A stretch of DNA of 64,000 bases from a virus (taxonomy: Duplodnaviria; Caudoviricetes), in the IMG/VR virus record IMGVR_UViG_3300050142_000050, positions 185,639 to 249,638 of that record. One strand, written 5' to 3'. A model generated the notes under the pieces. It was not told the origin of the DNA. It made no database searches and worked only from the letters and a program-made list of their open reading frames with translations. Both the position numbers and the translations under genes were made by a program. How positions within the stretch are numbered: position 1 is the stretch's first letter; each line of letters starts with the position of its first letter. Positions 36,579 through 45,625 of the stretch are shown here, in pieces.

Positions 36579-37436
36579 ATGGATATAGAGCTAAACAACC
36601 CAATCCTCGCGGTGTGCTCCAAGAAGTACGCCGAGATCGAAACCATCATCCCTGAAACAAAGACGCCTACTCTGGCGATCGATGTGGATCTGGAGACATG
36701 GTCTCTTCGGAAGGACGCTGACATCCGTTCCATCGGTGCGACTGTCAGTTGGACTTCGCACTGCACTACATTCGACGCATCCTCAGTGAAACTGAAGAAG
36801 CCATTCTTCTACCGGGCGTGTTATAACCCGGTCGTTTCGGCGAACAAGGACGGCGTGGCTCGCCGTATGTTCGATCTCCATATCGATCCCAAAACGAGCA
36901 AGTGGTGGGAAGATCTCTTGAATGGTCCCAAGGGCGAATTCTACAAGCGCTCGTTTGATAATCCCGAGCGACTCGATCGCGTCCTCATCGAGTTCTTTGC
37001 ATGGATCGATGATCTCAAGAAGGAGACCGAAGCTCAGGAGGTCATCATCTATGCAAATGGATCTCACTTCGATCTACCCATTCTGATGAATGCTATCCAT
37101 GAGACTGGGGTAACACCATCTATCCACTATCGTGCACCGCGTGATACACGCACGATGTTACAGGACGTCTCGAATCGTCACGGTACCACGCCGGCTCAGC
37201 TGGCGAAGCTTCTGTCATTCGAATGCGAGCATCATGCGCTATTCGATGCCTTAGTGGGAAGCCTTCTTCACCATGTAGGTAAATACGGCCTGGAGCCTGA
37301 ACGTACTTTCCGATCCGATCTCTGCGAGCTAGTCGACTCCTCGGGACGGGCCCACAAGGGGATCTTCGACAAGTTGTATGGTGAAGGGAAGTTCGAGGAG
37401 TTTCTCAGTGGCTTACGTGGAGGTTTGGCTGGGTAG
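36579..37436 (+). CDS. DEDDh 3'-5' exonuclease (DexA/ExoVIII-like)
   Basis: ExoI DVDLET, ExoII NGSHFDLPIL, RDTRT, ExoIII HHALFDA. Confidence 0.85.
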   Translation: MDIELNNPILAVCSKKYAEIETIIPETKTPTLAIDVDLETWSLRKDADIRSIGATVSWTSHCTTFDASSVKLKKPFFYRACYNPVVSANKDGVARRMFDLHIDPKTSKWWEDLLNGPKGEFYKRSFDNPERLDRVLIEFFAWIDDLKKETEAQEVIIYANGSHFDLPILMNAIHETGVTPSIHYRAPRDTRTMLQDVSNRHGTTPAQLAKLLSFECEHHALFDALVGSLLHHVGKYGLEPERTFRSDLCELVDSSGRAHKGIFDKLYGEGKFEEFLSGLRGGLAG

Positions 37437-37689
37437 TGTCGATGCAGGTATAGCCGATCAGCGAGAGTTCGCTAACGAGGAAATCGGTATAGACATCGAT
37501 CTCCTCTATGCTCTACGCAAGTATCAGTACGAAGCTTCTCTGAGAAAGCGTGATCTCGATGTGCTGACACCATCTACACCTTTCCTTCTGGATAGGGTCA
37601 CTATCGGCGAACCCGTGTGTAAGAACTCCCGCAGACGTATCCTCATTGCAATCAAGGGATACGACGGTCCCAAAAGACCCGGGTGGTAA
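37408..37689 (+). CDS. hypothetical protein
   Basis: GTG 37408 after GAGGAG; track ORF 37378..37689. Confidence 0.55.
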   Translation: MAYVEVWLGSVDAGIADQREFANEEIGIDIDLLYALRKYQYEASLRKRDLDVLTPSTPFLLDRVTIGEPVCKNSRRRILIAIKGYDGPKRPGW

Positions 37690-37733
37690 GCGCTACCCAA
37701 TTTTTATCACAATAGAAGTGAGGTCACTTTGAC

Positions 37734-38369
37734 ATGAGCAGTCCTAAGAAGAAAGAAAACCCCGAGGTGCGGGCTATGTCCAATCGAATTTACAACGAAT
37801 TCGAATTGGCTACCTTTCAGGGTAGGAGCAAAGATGCAGAACAATTACATCGTGAATATCTGGAAATCATGGACAAGTTGGGTGTGGCACAAGCTTCCGA
37901 TCTCATCGCTTATGCGACATCGGAGACGATCGATGAGCTCCGTGAACTGGTGACAGCGATCACGGATCGCACTCCACACTCTAAAGCGTGGTTGTCGAAG
38001 AGGATCGGGATGGCATCGACCTTCCTGATCGATGTGATGGAAGATCGTCGCAAGTTGCGTGAAGACCAGGCTAATGCAGCCTTAGGTGGTCTGCGACAAT
38101 TCATCGCAGAACAAGGTATCGACATCGATGCTCCCACTCGTGCGGAGATGGTCAAGAAGGTCTTCACCGAAATAGCTCTCGAGATCGATGTGACCTACAG
38201 CAGACTCTCGAACATCTTCACGGGTACGTCGACCAGCGACATCCACAAAGCTGCTGAGCAAGGTCGATCGATTTCGGCTGAGTACTATGAGGCCGGTATG
38301 AGCCGGCTCTATGATTGGATGAATAGGAATCCAATCTCAAAGCAATACATCCACATATTACCACAATGA
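37734..38369 (+). CDS. putative tandem HTH DNA-binding protein
   Basis: SKAWLSKRIGMASTFLIDVM and IALEIDVTYSRLSNIFTG are both XRE-like. Confidence 0.55.
   Translation: MSSPKKKENPEVRAMSNRIYNEFELATFQGRSKDAEQLHREYLEIMDKLGVAQASDLIAYATSETIDELRELVTAITDRTPHSKAWLSKRIGMASTFLIDVMEDRRKLREDQANAALGGLRQFIAEQGIDIDAPTRAEMVKKVFTEIALEIDVTYSRLSNIFTGTSTSDIHKAAEQGRSISAEYYEAGMSRLYDWMNRNPISKQYIHILPQ
38354..38369 (+). promoter_or_regulatory. phiKZ-type early promoter upstream of HTH gene 38489
   Basis: CATATTACCACAATGA, overlapping the end of the 37734 ORF. Confidence 0.5.
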
Positions 38370-38488
38370 AGTAGAAGAAAGGCAATCGTCTTTTTCGTCT
38401 TGACTGCTTCACGGTCAGCCAGTAAAGCTGATCTCAGGGAAGAAAGATTGTGAGGTCACAGTCTACCCTAATCACAAGGAAACGCCAG

Positions 38489-38839
38489 ATGGCTTCCAAC
38501 GTAGGACGTAAGATCGTAGCTCGCAACGCAAATCGTCGTCGCGTGAGCATCCTTTACAAAGCTGCACCTACCGTGCAGATGGTGCCGGTCGAAGATACTC
38601 GACCTCTGATCGATAAGTGCATCTCTCGCAAGATGTGTCTGATGCGCTATCGCATGGAGCTCGGTCTCACTCGTCACGACATCCTCGACCGTATGGGTAA
38701 CCAGCGTGTATCGATCACTGGTTATGTCCTGGTCGAAAGCGGTAAGGTCCGCAATCCTCGTTTGGGAATGATCAAGGCAATCGCCCGTGCATACGGGATC
38801 ACCCTCGATCAGGTTTCTTCCCTCTTGGCTAACCGCTAA
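38489..38839 (+). CDS. XRE/Cro-family HTH regulator
   Basis: RYRMELGLT...ISITGY..VESGKVRNPRLGMIKAIARAYGITLDQ. Confidence 0.8.
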   Translation: MASNVGRKIVARNANRRRVSILYKAAPTVQMVPVEDTRPLIDKCISRKMCLMRYRMELGLTRHDILDRMGNQRVSITGYVLVESGKVRNPRLGMIKAIARAYGITLDQVSSLLANR

Positions 38840-38850
38840 GTAAAGATGAC

Positions 38851-38877
38851 AGGGAGGAGGCTTTAAGCCTCCTCCCT
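38851..38877 (+). terminator. inverted repeat, 13-bp arms, 1-nt spacer
   Basis: AGGGAGGAGGCTT-T-AAGCCTCCTCCCT then T-rich tract. Confidence 0.7.
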
Positions 38878-38943
38878 CGATTCTTCTTTTTTATTTGATT
38901 AGACAGTCACCATTACACGAGTAGTGTATGGTTATGGAGATTT

Positions 38944-39528
38944 TTGATGACTCTCGTTACGCAAACGAAAACCTACGATCAGATGGTGACCAAAGGAGGT
39001 CTGGCTCATCTGATTCCTCCCTTCGAACTTCAACTCAAATGTGAGCTCACAATCGGCCAAGAGTTCCCTCGTGAAGGTGAGTCGAAGCCCCTGCGAGTGT
39101 TCATCAGCTTTACGGATCAGAACAACAAGGTCGATATGGCCCTCTTCGAGTCGCCCTATGACCTCTACATCGATAGCCGTGATATCGATGTAGACGATGC
39201 GATCGCTGCTGCTATCTGTGCAGGATCGGATGGAGTACTGACTCCTGAAATGATCCTGTCTGACAAATACATCGGTGTGTTGCCCTCGGCTGCTCCTGAG
39301 CTTATCATGAGTACGGTCATGCCCATATTGGAGAAGCCCAAGTGCTCGCCTGTGGAGCTGATCTCGATGGTCAACCTCCTGGCCGCTATGGTGCGTCCTT
39401 CTTACGACATCATGCTGATGCTCGAGGTCGATACGACGGAAGAAGGTATGCGTCTCATCAATGAGACCGGACAGCGTCGTGTATTCGTGCGTTATCTGTG
39501 GTCGGTCATGCATCGCGATGATCTTTGA
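38944..39528 (+). CDS. hypothetical protein
   Basis: GGAG RBS. Confidence 0.75.
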   Translation: MMTLVTQTKTYDQMVTKGGLAHLIPPFELQLKCELTIGQEFPREGESKPLRVFISFTDQNNKVDMALFESPYDLYIDSRDIDVDDAIAAAICAGSDGVLTPEMILSDKYIGVLPSAAPELIMSTVMPILEKPKCSPVELISMVNLLAAMVRPSYDIMLMLEVDTTEEGMRLINETGQRRVFVRYLWSVMHRDDL

Positions 39529-39533
39529 GGTAC

Positions 39534-39559
39534 AGGAGGTGGGCAGATGCCCACCTCCT
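39534..39559 (+). terminator. hairpin between convergent genes
   Basis: AGGAGGTGGGCA-GA-TGCCCACCTCCT then TTATTTTTTT. Confidence 0.7.
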
Positions 39560-39580
39560 CTATCCTCTTATTTTTTTGGA

Positions 39581-40396
39581 TTAAAGAGCCGCATAGACAA
39601 TCGCATCGAGCCTCTTGGGGTCCATGAGCATGGCACCCTTGAGTTTGCGCAGATGTTCGTTATACTGCTCGATCTTACCGAGATATTCATCGATGAGTTT
39701 GGAGATGACGCCGATCTCCATACCAGAGACGACAGCTGTCTCATCGATCTTGACTTGGAGCTGTACCCCGATGTAACGCTGTACTGCGCACAGTGCCAGT
39801 TCACGTAGTGCTAGGATCATGGACTGTGTTGCATTCATGAACTCTGCATCATACTCGAGGAGTACGCTCAGGCCCAGACCTGAGAAAGATGCCACCTGAT
39901 CCACACGGACCATGTTCGTACCCACCAATTCCACATTGGGCAGTGGGAGGGGGTAGTCGTCTACTCGTGAAGAGAGCATAGCTGATGCGGCTGTGATCAG
40001 ATTGTTAGCACCGCCAGGTCCGGTCTCCAGATTGGTGTAGCCAGCAGGGAGTGATCCGATACCACCCCGGTTAGCACCTAAGACAGCCGAGATGTTCTGG
40101 AAGTCACGGGCTTGAGGAGGGATCATGTAGAACGATCCCTGTGTCACAGTCCCCAGGACTAGGAAGTTGGTGTCATCCTTGATGTTCACAATCCAATCGG
40201 GATTGAGGACGATATCACGACGCTTACCACCTACCAGGTTGACGTCATCCAGGAGGATACCATTGATGACCTCATCGAAGATACGAGCCTCCAGACTGGT
40301 GTTGTGGAAACCTGGGTTGAAAGCCAAGGTCAGGAGTTCGTTGGGGATATTGGCCTTGATGTACTTGTAGATGTAAGAGAGGGTCGACAAAGCCAT
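39581..40396 (-). CDS. conserved phiKZ-like putative virion structural protein
   Basis: Only clear minus-strand gene (271 aa, AGGAGG RBS). The IP.ELL..AF...SLE..I...VI...L.D.NL.GG pattern is recalled from jumbo-phage virion proteins. Confidence 0.65.
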   Translation of the reverse strand: MALSTLSYIYKYIKANIPNELLTLAFNPGFHNTSLEARIFDEVINGILLDDVNLVGGKRRDIVLNPDWIVNIKDDTNFLVLGTVTQGSFYMIPPQARDFQNISAVLGANRGGIGSLPAGYTNLETGPGGANNLITAASAMLSSRVDDYPLPLPNVELVGTNMVRVDQVASFSGLGLSVLLEYDAEFMNATQSMILALRELALCAVQRYIGVQLQVKIDETAVVSGMEIGVISKLIDEYLGKIEQYNEHLRKLKGAMLMDPKRLDAIVYAAL

Positions 40397-40481
40397 CCTA
40401 GGCCTCCTATCGCTAAACTAAAACCAAACCATCATACCATCTTACGAGTGTATACAGCCCCGTATAAGAAAGATCCATCCC

Positions 40482-41420
40482 ATGCCCATCATCAATCGAA
40501 TCGAGACGGATATGTTCCGTTTCCAAGATTGTGTCGACTACATGGTGAACCCTGTAAATCTTGAAGGTATCTCCGGTAAGGGCTTGGCCCATGAGTTCCG
40601 TATGAGGTGCCCTGACAGTATCGAAGTCTACAGGACCATGTGCCGCACGAAAGAGTTGCGAGTAGGTACTGTGACCACATATGACGGTGCTGAACAGAGG
40701 TGGGGTATCATCTATCTCCCCACTAAGCGCAGCCCCTATGACCTGTCGTCTAAGGAGGACATCCAACGTGGTCTGGTGGCACTGCGCAATCTTCTCAAGA
40801 CAGATAAGTTCAAGAATGCCGTGATCGGTCTACCTATGTTAGGCTGTGGTAATGGGCAGAACAGCTACGAGATCGTCTATCCGATGATGATCGAGTTACT
40901 GAGTGACCTAGATGCTACCATCATCATCTCCATGAACCCAGAGCGCACAGAGGTACGACCTAAGTATCTCTCGATCGTAGGAGCATCCGATTTCGGAGCT
41001 GATGAGAACGATCGTACGATCATCGATAGGGTGATCGCTTCATGTATGAAGAAGTGGGGATATGCCCTGTCTGACTATACAGGGATATTGGTCCATGGTA
41101 GTGGTCCCACCGAACAATACATGGAGATCTATGCTCAGAAGGAGATGGTACCTGTTCTGAAGGTATCTTCTAATCCTGTCAAGCATCCAGCAGGTCATCC
41201 CATGGAAGCTGATCGTACACTCAGTATCTTGGGTCACGACATGATCATCTTCTCTCCGGTAGATCGTGACACGAAACGAGGAGAGTCCGTGAAACTCATC
41301 CGCTCATCAGTGGATCAGCGCAATGACGACGATAGTCCCAAACAGATGGCAGTCTACTTCCGGAGTGTCGCAGATTCGATCTCTAGAATGAGTAAGGAAG
41401 TCCCATGCGAGAAAACCTGA
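40482..41420 (+). CDS. DarG-like macrodomain fused to SLOG (YspA/DUF2493-like) domain
   Basis: VNPVNLEGISGKGLAHEF...P, LPTK, LPMLGCGNG macrodomain motifs; C-terminal SIVGASDF...ILVHGSG...YAQKEMVPV SLOG-like pattern. Confidence 0.82.
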   Translation: MPIINRIETDMFRFQDCVDYMVNPVNLEGISGKGLAHEFRMRCPDSIEVYRTMCRTKELRVGTVTTYDGAEQRWGIIYLPTKRSPYDLSSKEDIQRGLVALRNLLKTDKFKNAVIGLPMLGCGNGQNSYEIVYPMMIELLSDLDATIIISMNPERTEVRPKYLSIVGASDFGADENDRTIIDRVIASCMKKWGYALSDYTGILVHGSGPTEQYMEIYAQKEMVPVLKVSSNPVKHPAGHPMEADRTLSILGHDMIIFSPVDRDTKRGESVKLIRSSVDQRNDDDSPKQMAVYFRSVADSISRMSKEVPCEKT

Positions 41421-41827
41421 CTCTGACGATCATTTCCTCTCATATCGTGGGGAGAGGATCTTCTATCGATCTACTCGCAAAGATTATGCGAGAGACTGGA
41501 TTGCATCTCACGAGGACCAGGCAGTGGGTACCTTGTTCCCACACCAAGCAGGCTCTGTCTCATCCGTTTAGTGGGATACCTTTCCCCGTCGATGTAGAGT
41601 CGATGTGTAAGAATGGTAAACCTATTCTAATTTGCCTCTGGGAGGGCGATAGAGCTTATGAGATGATGATTGGGTGTGTGGGTACCAATGATCGTGAAGA
41701 GTGGTCAGAGAAGTCTCTGAACGCGATTAACACCCTGCCTCAGGATCCCACTCCAGCTATCCTGACATCCGATCCAAAGCGTATGAGAGAAGATGCTCTT
41801 ATGCTCCTTTTACCTGATGATTTTTAG
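41405..41827 (+). CDS. nucleoside diphosphate kinase-fold protein lacking catalytic residues
   Basis: Colinear with NDK over 140 aa (TLTII..IVGRG, GKPILICLWEG.RA, GTND, AILTSD). The catalytic HGSD reads LTSD. Confidence 0.7.
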   Translation: MRENLTLTIISSHIVGRGSSIDLLAKIMRETGLHLTRTRQWVPCSHTKQALSHPFSGIPFPVDVESMCKNGKPILICLWEGDRAYEMMIGCVGTNDREEWSEKSLNAINTLPQDPTPAILTSDPKRMREDALMLLLPDDF

Positions 41828-41871
41828 GCCTACTCTATGGACCTTTAATCTACCCAGAGGGAGGATTGAGT

Positions 41872-42051
41872 ATGCCGAATCGTACTCTGGTGATCAGCGT
41901 TATGTTGACCATACTGGTTATAGCTAGTGTGGTGGGAGTAAGCCTGGTATTCCCAGGTGGGAAGCCGATTGGATTCGATGATATCATCATCGGTGTCTTT
42001 TTCTTAGGTATGCTTTTGAAGCTGATAAGGAGACTACTGTGCCGAAACTAG
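41872..42051 (+). CDS. small two-TM membrane protein
   Basis: GGAGG RBS; two hydrophobic segments. Confidence 0.7.
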   Translation: MPNRTLVISVMLTILVIASVVGVSLVFPGGKPIGFDDIIIGVFFLGMLLKLIRRLLCRN

Positions 42052-42557
42052 ATATAGGAGTGCAGAGTATCGACTCTGCAAGCACATCACTCTTGGGTCT
42101 CATCGATGCGGTGCGTGACCAGGTCGAGACGATCGATCTCCCTGCCAATTCGACAGACCCTTATCAGAACCTGCGTGTCCTCAAGGCAGCAGCTGATTTG
42201 TTTCTGCTCCAGCGTGAGAAGCTCATCGCACTCTCGAGCGCTATCGCATCTCCGTCTATCCTAGCTCTGGCTGGAGCTGACAGTCTGACAGATGCACAAA
42301 AGACGACACTGCGTGAGCTGATCGGTTTCAATTCAGTTATTGTCGCTGAAGTCGACCAAGCTGTGAACAAGGCCACTGCTGCAACAGTCGTGGATGAAGT
42401 GGATGAGTCGATCAGGGCCATCCTCGAAAATCTCACCATGTGCGAGATCAAACTCAGTGGTATCAGTCCTGATGATGAAAACTACGCAGCAGCACTGTCA
42501 CAGCAGCAGTCCCTCAAGCTATGCATTGAAAGTCTCATGCCCACCAACTCAGTGTGA
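42039..42557 (+). CDS. acidic helical/coiled-coil protein
   Basis: GTG start after AGGAG, overlaps upstream gene. Confidence 0.7.
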   Translation: MPKLDIGVQSIDSASTSLLGLIDAVRDQVETIDLPANSTDPYQNLRVLKAAADLFLLQREKLIALSSAIASPSILALAGADSLTDAQKTTLRELIGFNSVIVAEVDQAVNKATAATVVDEVDESIRAILENLTMCEIKLSGISPDDENYAAALSQQQSLKLCIESLMPTNSV

Positions 42558-42564
42558 TGAGATA

Positions 42565-42846
42565 GTGGTCCACCCTGATGAGGAGGAGTTTCTAAAGGAG
42601 ACTGGTTGTGATACCATCCTGAAGATACTCTTCCGATTGGGTAAACCCATCCGTACGGGGGACTTCATTCATTTACACAGGTCGAGTCTCTATAAGGTCG
42701 ACCTCCTATTGAGTACGGGTTATATCAAAGCCGATGAGGATATCTTCGGTGTCCAGTATCTGACCCTATCTCACAATCTGAGGTATCGTCCCAAGATATG
42801 CACCAAGCGTGGTGTCATGATGGTCTCGATCACTCTCCAAAAATAA
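42565..42846 (+). CDS. hypothetical protein
   Basis: 3' part of track ORF 42394..42846; GTG 42565 after upstream stop. Confidence 0.5.
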   Translation: MVHPDEEEFLKETGCDTILKILFRLGKPIRTGDFIHLHRSSLYKVDLLLSTGYIKADEDIFGVQYLTLSHNLRYRPKICTKRGVMMVSITLQK

Positions 42847-42854
42847 CAAAGTGT

Positions 42855-42882
42855 AGGTAGGAGGGATAACACCCTCCTACCT
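42855..42882 (+). terminator. intergenic hairpin before tmk
   Basis: AGGTAGGAGGG-ATAACA-CCCTCCTACCT. Confidence 0.65.
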
Positions 42883-42902
42883 CTCACCTATGAGGAAAAC
42901 CC

Positions 42903-43505
42903 ATGTCTTATCTCACCGCTCGTTATGTCGTCGTCGAAGGTCCTGACTATGTCGGTAAGAGCACCTTCGTTCGTGATCTTCATCTCGATTTGGGTATGAC
43001 CGAAGAGATCGTGAAGCTCGCTTTCCCAGCCAACCGTGAAGATGTCCCTATTCGGGATCTCCTCTTCAACAGCGTTATGAATGATTATCGCAGTGGTGCT
43101 GCTTTCTTGTTCATGGCAGACTTCGTTCTGGCTCATGACCTCAACATCAAACCACGCCGTAGGGATGGTAACCTCAAGTTCATCCTCGATCGGTTCGTAC
43201 CGACGCTGTGTGTCTATCAGAAGGTACCTCTGGTGGAACTCAATAGTTTCTTCTCGAAGATCCCTGCTCTCGATGAGTTTATGGAGGATATGAGCCAGGC
43301 TCACTATGTGTTCTTGGATCCTACGGATCTGGACAGTCATCTAGGTAGGATGCGTTCACGCCTCAAACAAGGTGACACCAACTCCTACGATCCTACCACA
43401 ATCGAGGATGTGAAGACTCAGATCGAGGATTATCGTAAGTTTGTATCTGAGGCATATACCCACGGTATCCTGGGGTCCAAGAGGATTGATGTTATAGGTG
43501 TATAA
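42903..43505 (+). CDS. tmk: thymidylate kinase
   Basis: VVVEGPDYVGKST P-loop, FP motif, ILDRF motif. Confidence 0.88.
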   Translation: MSYLTARYVVVEGPDYVGKSTFVRDLHLDLGMTEEIVKLAFPANREDVPIRDLLFNSVMNDYRSGAAFLFMADFVLAHDLNIKPRRRDGNLKFILDRFVPTLCVYQKVPLVELNSFFSKIPALDEFMEDMSQAHYVFLDPTDLDSHLGRMRSRLKQGDTNSYDPTTIEDVKTQIEDYRKFVSEAYTHGILGSKRIDVIGV

Positions 43506-43532
43506 CTCTCATTCCTTCAGGAGTATCGGGCG

Positions 43533-44573
43533 ATGAGCTTTTCATTGGAAGACGAAATTGGGGACGACGAGATCGGGGAGGATATCCGCGAGTATGATGG
43601 TCTCGAGCAGGATCTGCGTGAGGATCTGATGCAGCTCAGTCTGCTCGGTACATTCGCTGACAGTCCTCGTGCTATCGCCCGTATGCGCAATCGCGATCTC
43701 CTGACACAGTCGAGTGTCTTGGCTTTCGAATCCATGGGTACTGAAGGTCTGGGTACCGAAGGCTTGGTGGCCTCGGTAACTGAGAAGATGAAGAAGGCTG
43801 CCGCTAAGGTAGCTGAGATCACCACTCGTTTCGCAAGTGGTGTCAAGTCTTTCCTGGGTAAGATCTTCAAACCCGTGATCGGTCTGTTCGACAAACTGCG
43901 TGGGAAGACTAGCGAAGTGGCTGCTAACAAGCAGGACAAGGTCAGCGGTTATAACTGGAAGGTCATCGCAGGATGCGTGGCCGCAGTGACTGTCGCTATC
44001 GGTGCTGCTGTCTATGTGGCCAAGAACAACCTGAGCCCTGCATCGGCTCTGGAGATCTCTCACAAGATCAATAACTCCAAGTGGCCCTTCGGCATGATCA
44101 ATGCTACTGTGGAGGACAAGGGTGGTCTGAGTACCGGTAAGCTCAAGATCAGTTTCGGTCGTCCCACTGATGTACAACGTCAGACGGGCTATGCGAGCGA
44201 TCTGGGCTACACTGGAGCGATCATCGAGGGTCTGGGTAACTCGATGCGTCGTCTCTATACGGAGGCTCTGGAAGCCTTCGGTGGTCTGGGTGAGAAGGCT
44301 TTCAGCCTGACTCGCATGGGATGGAAGAAGTTCTCCGAAATCTTCGATCGTCATATCCCCAATGTGGTCTATAAGGCTACCAATGATCCTCAGGCTTTCC
44401 ACGCTGCCAAGTTCGCAGGCGGTGGTATCAAGTTTGGCATCATCCTGTCTCTGGTCTGGGCTCTGTGGCGCTATGGCCGCAAGCTCATCGTGAAGACCTG
44501 TCAGGTCATCTTCTCGACCATACATTCGATCTGGAATAAGCTGTTCCAGAAGAAGCAGGAAGAGAAGAAGTAA
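43533..44573 (+). CDS. internal head protein paralogue A (acidic propeptide, S/A/G-x-E cleavage motifs)
   Basis: Acidic N-terminus, AFE-SM-GTE-GL-GTE-GL motifs, then basic amphipathic region; paralogous to 57669 and 59177 ORFs. Confidence 0.7.
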   Translation: MSFSLEDEIGDDEIGEDIREYDGLEQDLREDLMQLSLLGTFADSPRAIARMRNRDLLTQSSVLAFESMGTEGLGTEGLVASVTEKMKKAAAKVAEITTRFASGVKSFLGKIFKPVIGLFDKLRGKTSEVAANKQDKVSGYNWKVIAGCVAAVTVAIGAAVYVAKNNLSPASALEISHKINNSKWPFGMINATVEDKGGLSTGKLKISFGRPTDVQRQTGYASDLGYTGAIIEGLGNSMRRLYTEALEAFGGLGEKAFSLTRMGWKKFSEIFDRHIPNVVYKATNDPQAFHAAKFAGGGIKFGIILSLVWALWRYGRKLIVKTCQVIFSTIHSIWNKLFQKKQEEKK

Positions 44574-44593
44574 GATTGAGCTTCCAATAAGAG

Positions 44594-44619
44594 GGGATGG
44601 GCCTCTAGAGGCCCATCCC
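44594..44619 (+). terminator. perfect 26-bp palindrome
   Basis: GGGATGGGCCTCTAGAGGCCCATCCC. Confidence 0.65.
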
Positions 44620-44641
44620 TACTATCCCTTGGAGAACTATC

Positions 44642-45625
44642 ATGAGCCTAGATTTTAACAGAGGGAAGCATCGCGCACTTCCCAGACCGATCGTGGATGT
44701 GGTCAGGAATGGTGAAGTGGGTGTCTTCTTCACCTACTTCCGTAAGTTGCGATGGAGTAGTGCACTGAGCACTCTCGATGCGAGCGGTATCCACCCCAAT
44801 CATACGCTGGATGTGATCACCGGTAGATTATCCAACAAAACGGCTATCGGGAACAATGCGGTACAGAGCGGTACTATCACCGAACGTCTCGATGGTTGTG
44901 TACTGACACTCACCTATACGGTCACCGGTAAGACCATCACTGTCGGTCCTGGTATCCCGTCTCTGACGCTGGTCGCTAGTAACGGTAAGGTGACAGGTAC
45001 GATCACACCTGGTACTGCTGGTACATCTCCCATTGTCGAATATCTGATCTACAATGGGGATATCTTGGTACTCACCACTCCTGATCTCACATTCGAGTTA
45101 CCAGTACCTAACGGGTTCCCTGTCACAATCGGAGTCAGGGCTCGGACTCTGGTAGGCCTGTCGGATATGACGACCGATACTACTACGCCTCAAGCTCCGA
45201 TCGTAGAACCGGAAGCACCTGGTCTGAATTCCACAGTCCTCGACAGTGCCGCGAATATCACATTCGTGCCTGGCGACCCAGGATCATCTCCTGTGACCTC
45301 CTACACGCTGTGGGTCAATGGTACGATGGTATCGTCGGGTCTTACTCTGACGCGTGCTTTGAATAACCTCACGAACGGGGTCGATTACACAATCGTCGGT
45401 TATGCGATCAGTGATGCAGGTGTGTCTGATCCTACCACGATCACCGTCCGTCCGGTGGGGCAGTTTACCCTCAGCTCGATGATCGATGCCGAGTGGGGTA
45501 GCCCTTACTCGATGGTGCTCGATATCCCTACCGGATTCGGTAGTGTGGTGTCATCTGATCTCCCCAGTGGAATTACTGTAACCGGTAGTTCCAATTCTGT
45601 GACTATCTCCGGGAGTCCCTTGTAA
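44642..45625 (+). CDS. virion protein with fibronectin type III / Ig-like domains
   Basis: Two FN3-like repeats (PG..GTSPIVEY...NG..Y.IGVRART..G.S and PGDPGSSPVTSY...LTNGVDYTIVGYAISDAGVS). Confidence 0.75.
   Translation: MSLDFNRGKHRALPRPIVDVVRNGEVGVFFTYFRKLRWSSALSTLDASGIHPNHTLDVITGRLSNKTAIGNNAVQSGTITERLDGCVLTLTYTVTGKTITVGPGIPSLTLVASNGKVTGTITPGTAGTSPIVEYLIYNGDILVLTTPDLTFELPVPNGFPVTIGVRARTLVGLSDMTTDTTTPQAPIVEPEAPGLNSTVLDSAANITFVPGDPGSSPVTSYTLWVNGTMVSSGLTLTRALNNLTNGVDYTIVGYAISDAGVSDPTTITVRPVGQFTLSSMIDAEWGSPYSMVLDIPTGFGSVVSSDLPSGITVTGSSNSVTISGSPL

Noticed and set aside
38908-38925. CACCATTAC-ACGA-GTAG as a sixth early promoter
   Set aside because: Two departures from the consensus; position is plausible but the sequence alone does not support it
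797-39559. Idea that the palindrome-separated single genes form an integron-like cassette array or a CRISPR array
   Set aside because: No RYYYAAC...GTTRRRY attC boxes, no integrase, arms differ in sequence, and spacing is irregular and gene-sized; no constant repeat-spacer units
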